NCBI GenBank assembly: GCA_963712885.1
Contig: CAVQJT010000004.1
Location: 80,108-144,107, forward strand
Reading direction: 5' to 3'
Source: Calditrichia bacterium
GTDB taxonomy: Bacteria > Calditrichota > Calditrichia > JAJRVZ01
Length of the DNA stretch: 64,000 nt
Made by a program: the position numbers and the translations under genes. Every line of letters starts with the position of its first letter. Within the stretch, counting starts at the first letter, position 1. Positions 9,509-21,544 of the stretch are shown piece after piece. The notes beneath the pieces were generated by a model. The model did no database searches, was not told where the DNA came from, and saw only the letters and a program-made list of their open reading frames with translations.

Positions 9509-10051
9509 GTGCAGATCTTTCATCGGATTCTGGCAGTATTGCTGGTGATCATCGGGCTACTATTCACCGTCGTGGGCATGACCACACCGGTCGACACCGG
9601 TTTTTCCATTACCGAAGTGATTTTAAGTCCCAATCAGAGAGTATGGCATATACTCACCGATCCAGACCGCATGCCGCAATGGCAAGCCGGGCTGGAAAGA
9701 ATAACGACGGACCGGAAAGGTGAGCTGGCCGAAGGGATGATTCTGCGCGTTTATACACGCCAATATGATCCCGGGCTCTTTCATGAAGACAAAATAATAC
9801 GGTTCACCCCGGAAAAAAATTTAACCCTGATGCGCATCATTTCCGAGCAAAATACGGTGATCCGCGATTTTTCACAGGTCTATGAACTCAAACGCCTGCT
9901 TAACGGCACGACAGAACTGACCTGCCGTATTTTTTACCGCTGCCCCGGTTTTCTCAGCCGGATCTATAACCGTTTGCATAAACAGAAAATTATTCAGGAT
10001 CAGAGCCGTAATAATATCCGCCGCCTGAAAGCCCTCATCGAAAATATCTGA
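9509..10051 (+). CDS. SRPBCC/START-like domain protein with N-terminal TM helix
   Basis: 180 aa. Hydrophobic N-terminus, then an SRPBCC-like pattern (NQRVWHILTDPDRMPQWQ). Confidence 0.4.
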   Translation: MQIFHRILAVLLVIIGLLFTVVGMTTPVDTGFSITEVILSPNQRVWHILTDPDRMPQWQAGLERITTDRKGELAEGMILRVYTRQYDPGLFHEDKIIRFTPEKNLTLMRIISEQNTVIRDFSQVYELKRLLNGTTELTCRIFYRCPGFLSRIYNRLHKQKIIQDQSRNNIRRLKALIENI

Positions 10052-10170
10052 CCCCCGCCAGTAAATTTTAATTTTGTCAAACGGGACAATAACGTATATT
10101 TCTGTTTGAATCACCCATTCAATATGCCAAAGCAATTTTCCTTTCAAATAAAAAAAAAGGAGAGACGGTC

Positions 10171-11559
10171 ATGAAATCAATTTATGCCACTGCTATCTCG
10201 ATCCTGATTGTAACAGCCGGTTTGGTGTCCGGCCAAAATCCCACCGAGTTATCCGGAGAAATACTATCCCGGTTACAGCAGTCGGTAAAGGATGATGCCA
10301 GTACCCGTATGTTGATTAATGCGATCACAAATAATGAGATCAATAATCTGGTTTTGAACCGGGAAGTGATCAACCGGCATAATGAGGTGTTCAATCTGCA
10401 GACCGAAGCCAAGGGGATCACAGATCAAAAGAGCACCGGGCGCTGCTGGATGTTTGCGGGTCTGAATATCATGCGTCCGGCTGTCATGAAAAAATATAAC
10501 CTGTCGGAATTTGAATTTTCGCAATCTTATCTGTTCTTTTGGGATAAGCTGGAAAAAGCGAATATGTTCCTGGAGGCCATGATTGCCATGCGCAACCGGG
10601 CTGTCGATGACCGCGAGTTGCAGATCCTGATTGCCGATCCGGTCCCCGATGGCGGCTGGTGGAATTATGTGGTCAGTCTCATTCAAAAATACGGCGTGGT
10701 GCCTCAGGATGTTTTCCCGGAGACACAAAACAGCAGTAGTTCGGGTAGGATGAATAAGGCAATCGGTACGCTGGTTCGCCAGTATGCGGCTGAATTACGC
10801 AAAATGGCAGAGGCGGGGAAAGATGAAAATTCGCTCAGGGGACGTAAGATCGAGATGCTCAAAACCGTATATCGTATGCTGGTATTGCATCTGGGCATCC
10901 CGCCTGAAAAATTTGTCTGGCGCTTTCAGGATGGCGATAAAAAAATCGTCGAGCAGACCCATACGCCGGGATCATTCTACAGCGAAGTCGTGGCGTTTGA
11001 TCTGAAGCAGTACGTGTCGGTGTTTGATTATCCGGTCCATCCCTATGCCCAACGGTATCAGATCGACTACTGCCGTAATATGTGGGATATGGCGGATATG
11101 GATTTTATCAACCTCAGCATAGATTCTCTGAAGTCGCTGGCGCTGCGGTCACTGCAGGCGGGCGAACCGGTCTGGTTTGCGGCTGATGTGGGCTGGCAGA
11201 TGGAAGGCAAACTCGGTATCATGGCAACGGATATTTATGATTACGCTGCGCTCTACGGAGTTCCCTTCTCGATAAACAAAGCGGATCGGTTGTCTTACCG
11301 GGCCACTTCTCCGAATCATGCGATGGTATTTATTGCCGCAGATGTGAAAGAAAGCAAAACCGCCAAGTGGCGGGTGGAAAATTCATGGGGCACCGATAAA
11401 GGATCAAAAGGATATTGGACGATGTATGATGGCTGGTTTGATGCCTATGTTTTTACGGTCATAATCAATAAGAAATTTTTATCCGGGGATGTGATAAAAT
11501 TGCTCGACATGAAGCCGGAGCGGCTGCCGGCCTGGGATCCGATGCGCCAGGCCTTTTAG
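10171..11559 (+). CDS. pepC: Aminopeptidase C / bleomycin hydrolase (peptidase C1B)
   Basis: 462 aa. Active-site QKSTGRCWMFAGLN and typical C1B length. The N-terminus looks signal-like. Confidence 0.85.
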   Translation: MKSIYATAISILIVTAGLVSGQNPTELSGEILSRLQQSVKDDASTRMLINAITNNEINNLVLNREVINRHNEVFNLQTEAKGITDQKSTGRCWMFAGLNIMRPAVMKKYNLSEFEFSQSYLFFWDKLEKANMFLEAMIAMRNRAVDDRELQILIADPVPDGGWWNYVVSLIQKYGVVPQDVFPETQNSSSSGRMNKAIGTLVRQYAAELRKMAEAGKDENSLRGRKIEMLKTVYRMLVLHLGIPPEKFVWRFQDGDKKIVEQTHTPGSFYSEVVAFDLKQYVSVFDYPVHPYAQRYQIDYCRNMWDMADMDFINLSIDSLKSLALRSLQAGEPVWFAADVGWQMEGKLGIMATDIYDYAALYGVPFSINKADRLSYRATSPNHAMVFIAADVKESKTAKWRVENSWGTDKGSKGYWTMYDGWFDAYVFTVIINKKFLSGDVIKLLDMKPERLPAWDPMRQAF

Positions 11560-11633
11560 CGACAGATTATATATCAGGGGCAATAAATTAAGGATCAGTG
11601 TGATTTTCCTGCCGGGATAGCGGAGGAAGAATA

Positions 11634-13907
11634 ATGATCAGAAAAATCGTTTTACTCTACCTTTGGGTCATTGGCATACAGTTGAATATTCAGGCACAGA
11701 ATCCGGTATCGCTCTATGACGGATTGTTCAATCAATTCCTAAAATTCGGTAACGACTGGGATAAGCAGGTTGCCTCCATTCATGATTATAAAATTGAAAA
11801 GGATGCAGTCAGTTTCCATCTGAAAGAGGGGCAAATATATCTGCTGCCGCTTATCAATGCGCGCCCTGCTTTACTGGTATTTAAAGGGACCGGTACATTT
11901 GGATTTACGCCGGCCACGCAAGTTGAAAAAGAAAATCTGCATCGTTTTTTTGGCGTTGATACAATTGAGACAGAATTTGAAAACTTATTCCTGATAATTG
12001 CCGACAGTACTTTTGAAAAGATTTTATCACAGACAGATTTTTCGTTCGTATCGGGTATAGATCTGGAGCAGGAATTTTATCAATGCATGCAATATATCTG
12101 TGATACCGAAAAACGATATTTACCGCCCCAGATTTTAAAAACATTCCTGGATAACAATCGTAATGGTCTGTTTTATGCCAATATATGGGATACGGAATAC
12201 GGCCCGCTTTTTTATATGATCGACCCGTATGATGAAGAAGAAGTGAAGTTCCTGCGCAGTGCGATTGCGCCGCATTATCTTGACTACCATGAGCTTATAA
12301 GCCAGTTCGGCCAAACAAGCCACTTTGAAGGCAATATTGACTGGGATACGGCACAGAAAGATTTTATATCTGTCAGTCACTATAAAATTGAGGGTTGGAT
12401 TGAGGACAATCTGGATCTTGACTTTTCAGCTGTCGCCGAGCTAACGATTCATGCGCTCATCGAAAACCCGGGATGGATATACCTGGATTTATACAGTCCT
12501 TTTGAGGTCGATTCCGTTCAATCTCAGGATGGCGAATCGATGGTTTTTAAAAAAGGGGAAGAAAATCCTTTCCTGTGGATCTATCTAAAACCGCCGTTCT
12601 CCCGGGGTAATACCCAAAACATAAAAATTTATTACCGCGGCGATTTTTTAAAAATTGATAGCCTGGGTCGAGTTCTTCCGGGCACTACAACAGACTGGTA
12701 TCCAAACTATGGAAATCTTAATACGGCTTATTATGACCTGACATTTCATTCTCCGGCAAAATTTCCGCATCTTGTTAGCGTCGGTAGTCGGGAAACATAT
12801 ATCGTGACGGACAGGAATATCACTTCGCATTGGGTCACAAAATCCCCTGTTTATCACGCCACATTGAATTTGGGCGACTATAAAATCGCCAGATTTGAAG
12901 ATCTCCCGGAACAGCCGGTCAAAATACTTGGGAACCGGGGAAGCGATCTTACCGAAGACGTTGGTGCGGATCTAATAAATAGTTATGCGTTGTTCACCCG
13001 CAAATTTGGCAGCTGTTCGATCGATACCTTATATGCTGTTGAAACACCATTTGGTCATGGTGAGGCCTTCCCTGGCGTACTTCATCTGTCTTCTGAGACC
13101 TTTAATTATGACCGGGGGTATGGATATCATGAGGTTTTCCGGGCACATGAGGTTGCCCACCAATGGTGGGGTTTGAGTGTCCGGCCAGCCTCCTATCATG
13201 ATTATTGGCTCGCAGAGGGTTTATGTACCTTCTGCGGGTTGATGTATTTGCAGACTATTTATTACGATGATGACGGAACCGATAAATATTTTGAACTTCT
13301 GCATGATTACCGAGAGAACATCCTGCAAAACAGACAATATCTGATCGGGAGCGGGCAGGAAGCCGGCCCTATCTGGCTGGGTTATCGGACCAAATCCAGC
13401 ACCACAAGCGAGGATTATAATTTAATTGTCTACCAGAAGAGCGCCTGGGTATTTCACATGCTGCGTGTAATGATGATCAATGAGCGGAATTTCCGTGACG
13501 AGGCATTGTTTTACAATATATTATATGATTATCACAAAACTTTCAGGGGGAAAAAAGCATCATCAGAAGATTTTATAAAAATTGTTGAAAAACACACGGG
13601 AATGAAAATGGATTGGTTTTTCGATCAGTGGATTAAAACAACCGGTATTCCCGAATACGAATTTGATTACCAGGTTGAAGAGAGCGGCGAAGATAAATAT
13701 CTGATTACATGCAAAATTACCCAAAGTAATGTACCTTCGGATTTTAAAATGCCCGTATTGTTTAAAATCGATTTTGATGATAATGGCGCGAGTGTGCTGC
13801 GGCGGATGGTCAGCGGGGCCGAAACTGAAATAAAATTTTTGTCACCAATGGAACCGGAGGATGTTATCTTTAACTATTTAGAATCTGTACTGTGTACGGT
13901 CAATTAA
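11634..13907 (+). CDS. M1 family metallopeptidase (aminopeptidase N-like), secreted
   Basis: 757 aa. HEVAHQWWG zincin motif followed by WLAEG. Signal peptide present. Confidence 0.85.
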   Translation: MIRKIVLLYLWVIGIQLNIQAQNPVSLYDGLFNQFLKFGNDWDKQVASIHDYKIEKDAVSFHLKEGQIYLLPLINARPALLVFKGTGTFGFTPATQVEKENLHRFFGVDTIETEFENLFLIIADSTFEKILSQTDFSFVSGIDLEQEFYQCMQYICDTEKRYLPPQILKTFLDNNRNGLFYANIWDTEYGPLFYMIDPYDEEEVKFLRSAIAPHYLDYHELISQFGQTSHFEGNIDWDTAQKDFISVSHYKIEGWIEDNLDLDFSAVAELTIHALIENPGWIYLDLYSPFEVDSVQSQDGESMVFKKGEENPFLWIYLKPPFSRGNTQNIKIYYRGDFLKIDSLGRVLPGTTTDWYPNYGNLNTAYYDLTFHSPAKFPHLVSVGSRETYIVTDRNITSHWVTKSPVYHATLNLGDYKIARFEDLPEQPVKILGNRGSDLTEDVGADLINSYALFTRKFGSCSIDTLYAVETPFGHGEAFPGVLHLSSETFNYDRGYGYHEVFRAHEVAHQWWGLSVRPASYHDYWLAEGLCTFCGLMYLQTIYYDDDGTDKYFELLHDYRENILQNRQYLIGSGQEAGPIWLGYRTKSSTTSEDYNLIVYQKSAWVFHMLRVMMINERNFRDEALFYNILYDYHKTFRGKKASSEDFIKIVEKHTGMKMDWFFDQWIKTTGIPEYEFDYQVEESGEDKYLITCKITQSNVPSDFKMPVLFKIDFDDNGASVLRRMVSGAETEIKFLSPMEPEDVIFNYLESVLCTVN

Positions 13908-14006
13908 TGATATGATTGAGAGATCTAAGCATCAAAGTAATTCAGAACTATTATATGAAAAGGCATGAAAAAACACAATGACCATGAAGATTTTTCAGGG
14001 ATTGAT

Positions 14007-14070
14007 GCTTCGTGATTCTCCGTGCCTCTTCGTGAAACTTCGTGAAGGTTTTTATCCCGTTATCCGGTCC
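14007..14070 (+). repeat. Solo arm of the CTTCGTG-word element (family B)
   Basis: cttcgtgattctccgtgcctcttcgtgaaacttcgtgaaggtttttatcccgttatccggtcc resembles the right arms of the elements at 20813-21037 and 21965-22222. Confidence 0.5.
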
Positions 14071-14103
14071 ATTTCTTTCACGGGGGATATATAAGTCGAT
14101 GTT

Positions 14104-16491
14104 TCAATTCTGTATATCTTTGACCAGATTTTTATACATCAGACCGTAGAACATTTGCAGATACCGGCGTGTTTCGTCGCGTTCAAGGTTGGATACGTAT
14201 TTCCAGAAACCATATACACGCGAAAGGGTCATCAGGCGTGAAGCATATAGTTTCCACGTATAGCGCTCCTCAACGCGTTTTATGGCGTTTTCGGAGATTT
14301 TTTCCCAGTATGTCTTTTCCCGGCCACAGGTATTAAAGAATTCATTGATGCTTGCAGCCGCCTCATCGCCCCGATTGGGATCGATGTGAAAACCGGAGAC
14401 TTTGTTTTCGATAATTTCCAATGGCCCGCCGTTGCAGGTTGCAAAGGTAGGCAGACCTGATGACATCGCTTCGATCACGGTAAGTCCAAATGCCTCAAAC
14501 AGTGCCGGTTGAACAAATACACCTCTCCGGTCAGCGATATAACGATAGAGCTCACCGTTAAAGTTTTTATAGGATTGTTTTTCCACCCAGCGTATTTTGC
14601 CTTCAAGTTTATACGTATCAATCAGACGGTATATATTCCTGATTTGCTGTATCTCTTCCTGATCTCTGGAGAGAGATTCATCAACAAACCCTGCAATGAG
14701 AAGCAAATTTGCCCGATCCTGTAATTCATTGTTACCTCCGTACCACTCCACAAGCCCGCTAATATTTTTTACATGATCCAACCGGGCCATTGAAAAAATA
14801 AAAGGTTTATCGCGATCTTTAAGCGATCCAAAAGCATAACTCAGCGTATCGTCAAAGATCATGCGTTCAATATCCGCATGCAGATCGGTAAGACGCCGTT
14901 CCGTATCATAATACGGAAAATATACATCGGCGTCGGCACCGGGTGATACGATATTGAATTTGGGATCAAAGACATTTACACCGTTGACCACACGATACAG
15001 ATCCGGCATGGTAAATGCCGAATAACTCTCATACTGACCGATAACCTGCCTGTCTCCGGCAATTTCCTGATAGGTACTAGTGATAATAAAATCAGCCGTA
15101 TTCATGGAGATGAGATCAGCGGTAAACTGGGCCGAGAAATGATAGTTGTCTTCATATTCTTTCCAATTAAGCGCCGAGAAGAGATATTTGGTTTTTTCCA
15201 ATGCGTGGGCGATATTGCACTGTGTCACACCCATTCGCTCTGATAATATGGATGCCACCAGGTTACCGTCTGAATAGTTACCGATAATCAGATCCGGACG
15301 CCCCTGCAACTCGGTTTGTATCTCACGTTCAACGTCCGCGGAAAATTGTTCCAGGTAAGGCCAGATTTTAAACCGGGACATCCAATCGGGTACAATATCT
15401 CCATTTTTATTGCGGAACGGAATACGTATAATCCGGGCGTTTTTTGTTCCGTTTATAAGCTCTTTTGGCTGATCACAGGTGGTTTCACCCGCATTCGGAA
15501 TGAGCCGTGTGATGACAATGATCTCAGGTTCGATATTCAATCCGGATGCCTGCAGGCTTGATCGCATCTCATACTCGAGGGCGCGTACCTGATCGAGAAT
15601 ATAAACCACCTGGCCGCCCGTATCCGGGAGACCGAGCACATTGGACTGCCCGAAATAACCGTGGGGTGAAAGAATGACCACTTTGAAAATCATGGGAATA
15701 GCTGCCAGAAATTGTTCAAGATTTTTTGGTGAAGGGGCCTCGAGTATATCTGATAACAGATAAAAGCGGTCGAGCATCGTGCGAACATCGAATCCCCAAC
15801 CCTCTTCAAAGCCCAGTTCAATGAGCTTTTCATCGTGTTCCTGCCATGCGGAATTTTCATTCTGATTCTCGAGATATTTTTGAATCTCACGCAGGTTTTG
15901 CTGCAGTTCATTAAGATCTCTGATCTTGGAACTCAGCATTAACTGCTTTCCGTTGGCATGATGGAGATTAAGAAAATTGAGCAGATATTGTCCCGACTTT
16001 TCCAGATCGTTAAACATGCGATTAGAGAGATACCGGTTGAGGAACTCCACGCCCCGGCCGATTGATTTGGTTTCCTTCATTCTGGGAAAACCGCGGTTGA
16101 AAGGTGTGAGATCGACTTCTAATATCCAGTCATCGTGCCGGGTGGTCTCGGTAACTAATTTTTCTTCAAATTCCAGATACTCATTTACCTCGACTTCATT
16201 AAAAACAACGTCATCCATATGATATTTGACATATTTACTCTGGGCGATGCCATTACGGATAAAAATATATATCCAGGGTGATCCGAATACGGCAACTTGC
16301 GTGGCAGATATAAGCTTTTCCAAAGGGGAATCAATCAGCAGATTTTCCACGTCGGGTTGCTTGAAATTCTGATACTCATGGCGCATATCCGAATGCAGCA
16401 GAAAGTTTTTATTCAAGCGTATATAATATCTGAATAGTGAATAGACAATGTTGCGGTGTGTCCCGGCAAAATTATTCAGTTCTTTGATCAA
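14104..16491 (-). CDS. Sucrose synthase
   Basis: 795 aa. [18 protein letters not shown] motif, GT-B C-terminal half ([20 protein letters not shown]), and the length typical of SuSy. Confidence 0.85.
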   Translation of the reverse strand: MIKELNNFAGTHRNIVYSLFRYYIRLNKNFLLHSDMRHEYQNFKQPDVENLLIDSPLEKLISATQVAVFGSPWIYIFIRNGIAQSKYVKYHMDDVVFNEVEVNEYLEFEEKLVTETTRHDDWILEVDLTPFNRGFPRMKETKSIGRGVEFLNRYLSNRMFNDLEKSGQYLLNFLNLHHANGKQLMLSSKIRDLNELQQNLREIQKYLENQNENSAWQEHDEKLIELGFEEGWGFDVRTMLDRFYLLSDILEAPSPKNLEQFLAAIPMIFKVVILSPHGYFGQSNVLGLPDTGGQVVYILDQVRALEYEMRSSLQASGLNIEPEIIVITRLIPNAGETTCDQPKELINGTKNARIIRIPFRNKNGDIVPDWMSRFKIWPYLEQFSADVEREIQTELQGRPDLIIGNYSDGNLVASILSERMGVTQCNIAHALEKTKYLFSALNWKEYEDNYHFSAQFTADLISMNTADFIITSTYQEIAGDRQVIGQYESYSAFTMPDLYRVVNGVNVFDPKFNIVSPGADADVYFPYYDTERRLTDLHADIERMIFDDTLSYAFGSLKDRDKPFIFSMARLDHVKNISGLVEWYGGNNELQDRANLLLIAGFVDESLSRDQEEIQQIRNIYRLIDTYKLEGKIRWVEKQSYKNFNGELYRYIADRRGVFVQPALFEAFGLTVIEAMSSGLPTFATCNGGPLEIIENKVSGFHIDPNRGDEAAASINEFFNTCGREKTYWEKISENAIKRVEERYTWKLYASRLMTLSRVYGFWKYVSNLERDETRRYLQMFYGLMYKNLVKDIQN

Positions 16492-18649
16492 AATACACCT
16501 CTTCCAGTTTTACATCTCCTAAGAAATCAAAATATTCTATTCCATCGATAATGCCCTGTGCATAGGATTTATCCGAAAAATATATCCGGGGCTTTCCGCG
16601 TAACCTTTTCAGTTCAGGGCTGAAGTTTGCAACAACCACCCCGAGTACATCCCCACTCAGCATTTCGGCATCGTTACCGGAGTCACCGGAAACCAGAATA
16701 TGTTCCGGGGGAAGGTCCCACTTAATGCCAAGATATCGAACTGCAAATCCTTTTGAGGCGCGAATAGGTAATATATCCAGATATTGGCCATGCGAATGGA
16801 TCACTTCTGCCCGGATCTTATGTTTTCGCAGGTGCCGCACAATGGTACGTTTGCCGGGAGCCTTTTTCCGGTCAAGATAATAACTTATCTTGTATTGGCG
16901 TTGCTCACTTTTTTCCTGAAGGGTCAGACCCGGCAGCTCAGTAAGTACGGTCCGGATCTTTTCCGGCTGCCAGAAATAGTCCAGGTGATGTCTCCAGGTG
17001 CGATCCTCAACCAGCGCCTCACCATAGTGAATCTCGCTTCCGACCGCTGTAATGAAAATATCGGGTGTCGGAACATTGTACTTCTTCAGGATTGCAGCCG
17101 CGCTGTCCAGCCGTCGTCCGGTGGCAATACCAAAACCGACATTCTTTGGTGTTCGTTTGAGTAGCCGGATCAGTTCTTTAAGCCCATTGTCGTCACCGAT
17201 CAGGGTGTTGTCGATATCACTGATCACCAGCCGGTCGAGGGTTGGTAACCGGCTTTTACGCTGGATCAAAGCGTTGTGGCGGAAATAACGTTTTTTATTG
17301 ATCTTGCCGAGTTCTGCTAAATAGGATTTCACATGGCTGCGCCAGGAATAGTGTTTTTTGACTCCGCTCAATCCGTTTCTGGACAATTTTCGCCAGACCT
17401 CCTGGTTTTCGAGGATCTCCTGTATTTTGTTACCCATATTCTCTGCATCGAGCGGATCGATAAGTTCGCCATTCTGACAATTGCCGATTATGTCCCGCGG
17501 GCCGCCATCATTTGTAGCAACCAGCGGAAGACCACAGCCAGCGGCTTCGATCAATGTCAGACCAAAGGGTTCGGTCAGGGCGGGATTTACGAAAACACCT
17601 TTTTTTTTAGCGGCGATGCGATACATTTCAGGAACATCTTCTGATTTATGATCTTTAGGATAGGCAATACTACCATAGAGATCGTATTTGTCGATCAGAT
17701 AAAGAATATTGAACAAAACCCGTCTGGCACCGGCATCTGTGTCACGTATATCATCCCGGCTGCCGGCAACGATCAGCATATTGGCATGTTTCTGCAACCA
17801 TGTATTACGGCCGTATGCGTGGATCAGGGTTTCAATATTTTTGCGTTCATCGGCCCGGGACATGGCAAAGATCAACGGTTTATTCGGATAGCGCAGGAAA
17901 CGTTTAATCGATTGGTAAATTTCTTCCCGGGAATTTTTTCGCCGCGGCGGGAAGAACTGATCCAGGTCAACGCCGGGGGGAATAACATTCATACGTACAG
18001 GATCATAATGTTCATAAAGTTTATACTGTTCCTCTATTTCCTGTGCAGTACTTGCCACAACCATCCTGGCGGTGTCGAGGGCAAACTCCTCCGCGTCGAT
18101 GCGGCGGGTAATATTATAACGTTGTTCAATGATCTTCGGTGTAATTTTTTTTTCAAGCAGACGCTGTTTCTTTACCCTGCCAAGCGAATGACCGGTAAAC
18201 ACGAAGGGAACGCCGAGCAGACGTGCCACCTGACCACCGACATATCCCGAATCGGCATAATGAGCATGGATTAGATTTGGAACGCGTCCGACCCGCCGGA
18301 TATGCTGGACTACCTGATCAGAAAATCCATCCAGATACGGCCAGAGGACTTCTTTTCTCAGATAGCGCCGCGGACCGCAGGAAATCCGGATGATCCTTGC
18401 CTTGGATCCAATATTCTCCTCCGCCTGGGAATATATTTCATCTACTTTCGGGTCAATTACCATGCGTGTCAGAAGGTCGATCCGCTCGACGCGTCTGTCC
18501 TGGGCCAGTTTCCGGACAAGTTCCAGCACATATTTGATCTGACCGCCCGTATCCGCATCCCGGCCCAGTTCGAGATTTTCACCTCTTATAAGTCCGTGAA
18601 TGCTGAGCATAAGAATATACAACCCGCTGTATTCGTTTTTTACAACCAT
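16472..18649 (-). CDS. Sucrose-phosphate synthase with C-terminal sucrose-phosphatase-like (HAD) domain
   Basis: 725 aa. [47 protein letters not shown], then a HAD motif [13 protein letters not shown]. Its 3' end overlaps the start of the sucrose synthase gene by 20 nt. Confidence 0.85.
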   Translation of the reverse strand: MVVKNEYSGLYILMLSIHGLIRGENLELGRDADTGGQIKYVLELVRKLAQDRRVERIDLLTRMVIDPKVDEIYSQAEENIGSKARIIRISCGPRRYLRKEVLWPYLDGFSDQVVQHIRRVGRVPNLIHAHYADSGYVGGQVARLLGVPFVFTGHSLGRVKKQRLLEKKITPKIIEQRYNITRRIDAEEFALDTARMVVASTAQEIEEQYKLYEHYDPVRMNVIPPGVDLDQFFPPRRKNSREEIYQSIKRFLRYPNKPLIFAMSRADERKNIETLIHAYGRNTWLQKHANMLIVAGSRDDIRDTDAGARRVLFNILYLIDKYDLYGSIAYPKDHKSEDVPEMYRIAAKKKGVFVNPALTEPFGLTLIEAAGCGLPLVATNDGGPRDIIGNCQNGELIDPLDAENMGNKIQEILENQEVWRKLSRNGLSGVKKHYSWRSHVKSYLAELGKINKKRYFRHNALIQRKSRLPTLDRLVISDIDNTLIGDDNGLKELIRLLKRTPKNVGFGIATGRRLDSAAAILKKYNVPTPDIFITAVGSEIHYGEALVEDRTWRHHLDYFWQPEKIRTVLTELPGLTLQEKSEQRQYKISYYLDRKKAPGKRTIVRHLRKHKIRAEVIHSHGQYLDILPIRASKGFAVRYLGIKWDLPPEHILVSGDSGNDAEMLSGDVLGVVVANFSPELKRLRGKPRIYFSDKSYAQGIIDGIEYFDFLGDVKLEEVYFDQRTE

Positions 18650-19156
18650 GATTTTGCCTGTTTGCTAACCATACATGAACCAAAAATTATCCGGCGGATG
18701 TTAATATTACCGAACAAAAAATGAGTGATGTATTTGATTACGATAGTACCTGTTGTCACCAAGTAGGCGTGAGGGGTCCTTCGACAACGAAGCAAAATTA
18801 CATAATAGGCACTATCCGGAGATCGAATTAACTATATCTGTAAAGATAAGCACCAAACGGATAAATTCAAAAAAATTCTGGGCGCCTGACATGCATTCCC
18901 TGTTGTTGGAGGAAAATTAATCGGTTATAGACGATAAGAGTGCTTGATACCTGAAACAGCGATCCGGAAGATCCTGGATACCCTTTTGTTTATATTTACC
19001 CTTTAAGATATTTTATTCTAAGGTATATTGATCAGTGATTTTCCTGCTGTATGCGCAATGTTGAAAAAACAGTGTGGATTTTGCTTTATATGTCAGCCCG
19101 CCGGAAATATTTTTCGATCTAAAATCCTTGAAATGACTATAGAGCAGGAGTATATA

Positions 19157-20320
19157 ATGAAGGATAGTAAAAGTCAATCGATAAGGATCCAGACAGAACG
19201 CAGTGAGCATAGAGAACATGCGGTTCCGATCTATATGACCTCGAGTTTTACGTTCGCGGATATGGCCCATGGACGGGCCCTGTTTGCCGATGAGATTCCC
19301 GGCAATATTTATTCGCGTTTTTCCAATCCGAATACAAGTGAATTAACGCAGAAAATGGCCAGTCTGGAAAAAACGGAAGACGGGATTGCCTTTGCCTCCG
19401 GGATGGCCGCCCTTTTCGGAGTGTTTGCCGGCCTGCTCAAATCCGGGGACCATGTGGTTGCCTCACGCTCCCTGTTCGGATCGACCATCCAGATACTCAA
19501 TAAAATACTGGCAAAATGGGGGATCGACGCCACCCTGGTTAACGGGCATGCAGAAAGAGAATGGGTTGCAGCGATTCAGAAAAACACACGCATGATCTTT
19601 GCCGAAACGCCTTCAAACCCGGGATTGGATATTATCGATCTTAAATTTCTGGGCACATTGAGCACGGAACACAATTTGATATTTCATGTGGACAACACAT
19701 TTGCCACTCCGTATCTGCAGAATCCGGCCGATTTCGGGGCCGATGTCATTTCACACTCGGCGACAAAATATCTCGACGGACAGGGGCGGGTAATCGGCGG
19801 TGTGGTGGTTGGTAAAAAAGAGGTGATCGATGAGGTCCGTTTTTTTGCCCGGCATACGGGTCCCACATTATCCGCTTTTAACGCCTGGCTGTTATCAAAA
19901 AGCCTGGAAACCCTCAGCGTGCGGATGGACAGACATTGCCAGAATGCCCTGCGTCTGTCAGAGATCCTGACCGAATCAGATCCGGTGACAAATGTCCGTT
20001 ATCCGTTTTTATCATCTCATCCGGGATCAGATCTGGCGATGAAACAAATGAAACTGGGGGGCGGTATCGTGACGTTCGAGGTCAGGGGTGGATTTGCACA
20101 AACAGAAAAATTTATCAACGCGCTGGAGATGTGCTCGATCACGGCGAATCTAGGCGATACACGAACCATCGTGACGCACCCCGCCTCTACAACCCATTCA
20201 AAATTAACCGAAGAAGAACGCGAGCGGGTCGGGATTACTCAAGGCCTGATACGTGTTTCGGTCGGATTGGAGGATATTGATGATATCGCATCGGATATCC
20301 TGGCCGCTCTGAAGGTCTGA
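19157..20320 (+). CDS. Cys/Met-metabolism PLP enzyme (O-acyl-homoserine sulfhydrylase / cystathionine gamma-synthase family)
   Basis: 387 aa from ATG 19157, with AGCAGGAG upstream. SATKYLDGQG PLP-lysine motif. The track ORF starts further upstream at 19028, which is probably not the real start. Confidence 0.8.
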   Translation: MKDSKSQSIRIQTERSEHREHAVPIYMTSSFTFADMAHGRALFADEIPGNIYSRFSNPNTSELTQKMASLEKTEDGIAFASGMAALFGVFAGLLKSGDHVVASRSLFGSTIQILNKILAKWGIDATLVNGHAEREWVAAIQKNTRMIFAETPSNPGLDIIDLKFLGTLSTEHNLIFHVDNTFATPYLQNPADFGADVISHSATKYLDGQGRVIGGVVVGKKEVIDEVRFFARHTGPTLSAFNAWLLSKSLETLSVRMDRHCQNALRLSEILTESDPVTNVRYPFLSSHPGSDLAMKQMKLGGGIVTFEVRGGFAQTEKFINALEMCSITANLGDTRTIVTHPASTTHSKLTEEERERVGITQGLIRVSVGLEDIDDIASDILAALKV

Positions 20321-20349
20321 AAATTCTAAATCAACAGGAAAACAAAAGG

Positions 20350-20763
20350 ATGCAGATAGAACTGAAACGAATTGACGAGGCCTTCCGGTTTCAGGCGACA
20401 GGTGAAAATTCAGATCATGTCACCTATCTCGATGCGGCTGAAGCGATCGGCGGTCATAATTCGGGCGCCCGGCCGATGGAATTGCTGCTCATTGGCCTGG
20501 GTGGGTGCAGCGGCATCGATCTGATTGAAATATTAAAGAAGCAGCGTCAGAATCTGGAAGATATCGGTATCTCGATCAGGGGTAAAAGGGCAGAAGGGGT
20601 ACCAGCCGTGTTTACCGATATCCATATTCATTTTCGTCTTAAGGGTGATCTGGAAGAAAAAAAGGTGAAAAAGGCCATCGATCTGTCAATGGGGAAATAT
20701 TGTTCCGCTGCGGCGATGCTGCGTAAAACCGCGCGGATAACTTCTTCATTTGAGATTTTTTGA
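20350..20763 (+). CDS. OsmC family protein
   Basis: 137 aa. OsmC-like pattern with conserved Cys positions (GLGGCSGIDL ... GKYCSAAAML). Confidence 0.7.
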   Translation: MQIELKRIDEAFRFQATGENSDHVTYLDAAEAIGGHNSGARPMELLLIGLGGCSGIDLIEILKKQRQNLEDIGISIRGKRAEGVPAVFTDIHIHFRLKGDLEEKKVKKAIDLSMGKYCSAAAMLRKTARITSSFEIF

Positions 20764-20812
20764 AGACCGGATAATCCCAACGGGATCCTCCTACGGAGTC
20801 CTTTGGACCTTT

Positions 20813-21037
20813 GGGACAGGATGAACAGGATTTACTGAACTTTCACGAAGAAACACAGAGAAGACACGAAGACCCACAAAGGGAATATGGCGACGGATAG
20901 GACAAGAAGATGGGATTAAAAAAAATCAGAAAGACTTTGCCGGTATTCGATCTTTTCTTTTACTAATCCCTGAATAATCTTCGTGGTCCTTTGTGTATAC
21001 TTCGTGTCTCTTCGTGTCAAGTTTTTAGATCTGTCCC
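20813..21037 (+). repeat. Family B MITE-like element (CACGAAG/CTTCGTG word arms), copy 1
   Basis: Terminal inverted arms gggacaggatgaacagg...cacgaag...cacgaag / cttcgtg...cttcgtg...agatctgtccc. The core aagatgggatt..gactttgccggtattcgatc..tactaatccct is nearly identical to copy 2. Confidence 0.75.
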
Positions 21038-21056
21038 AATAATTAAAGGTGGAGAT

Positions 21057-21536
21057 ATGGAATTCATTATGAACCGATGGGAATGGTATATTGCCGGGCC
21101 TCTGCTCGGTTTGTTTGTACCCTTACTGCTGATTACCAGCAACAAATTGCTGGGGATATCCTCTTCGTTCGAACATATGTGCACCGTTATTATTCCGGGG
21201 TCAAAAAATATTCTGAAACGCTATGACAGCCGGAAGCACGGGTGGAAATTTTATTTCGTGATCGGCATCTTTTTCGGAGGCTTTCTGGCGAATTTTCTGC
21301 TGTCGGATAGCGCAACCCATTTTTTACCGGACAATTATTACACCCTTGCCGGTTACCTGAAATTATTCCTTGGAGGCATCCTGATCGGTTTTGGCACCCG
21401 CTACGCCGACGGCTGCACATCCGGTCATACGATAACCGGTCTGTCCCTGCTGAACCCGGCAAGTCTTGTGGCGACCGTAACGTTCTTTATCAGCGGTATG
21501 ATCTTTACATTTATCTCGGTGTATCTGATTACATAA
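21057..21536 (+). CDS. YeeE/YedE family sulfur-transport membrane protein (part 1 of pair)
   Basis: ATG 21057 preceded by AAAGGTGGAG. Multi-TM. GFGTRYADGCTSGH motif. Confidence 0.7.
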   Translation: MEFIMNRWEWYIAGPLLGLFVPLLLITSNKLLGISSSFEHMCTVIIPGSKNILKRYDSRKHGWKFYFVIGIFFGGFLANFLLSDSATHFLPDNYYTLAGYLKLFLGGILIGFGTRYADGCTSGHTITGLSLLNPASLVATVTFFISGMIFTFISVYLIT

Positions 21537-21544
21537 GGCAGGTC

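Noticed and set aside
18650-19156. Possible SAM or other riboswitch upstream of the Met-pathway PLP enzyme.
   Set aside because: I could not find the SAM-I/II core motifs that I remember (e.g. GAGGGA...GCCC, an AGAUAAG-type closing helix). Only generic hairpins are present. This needs a covariance-model scan to settle.
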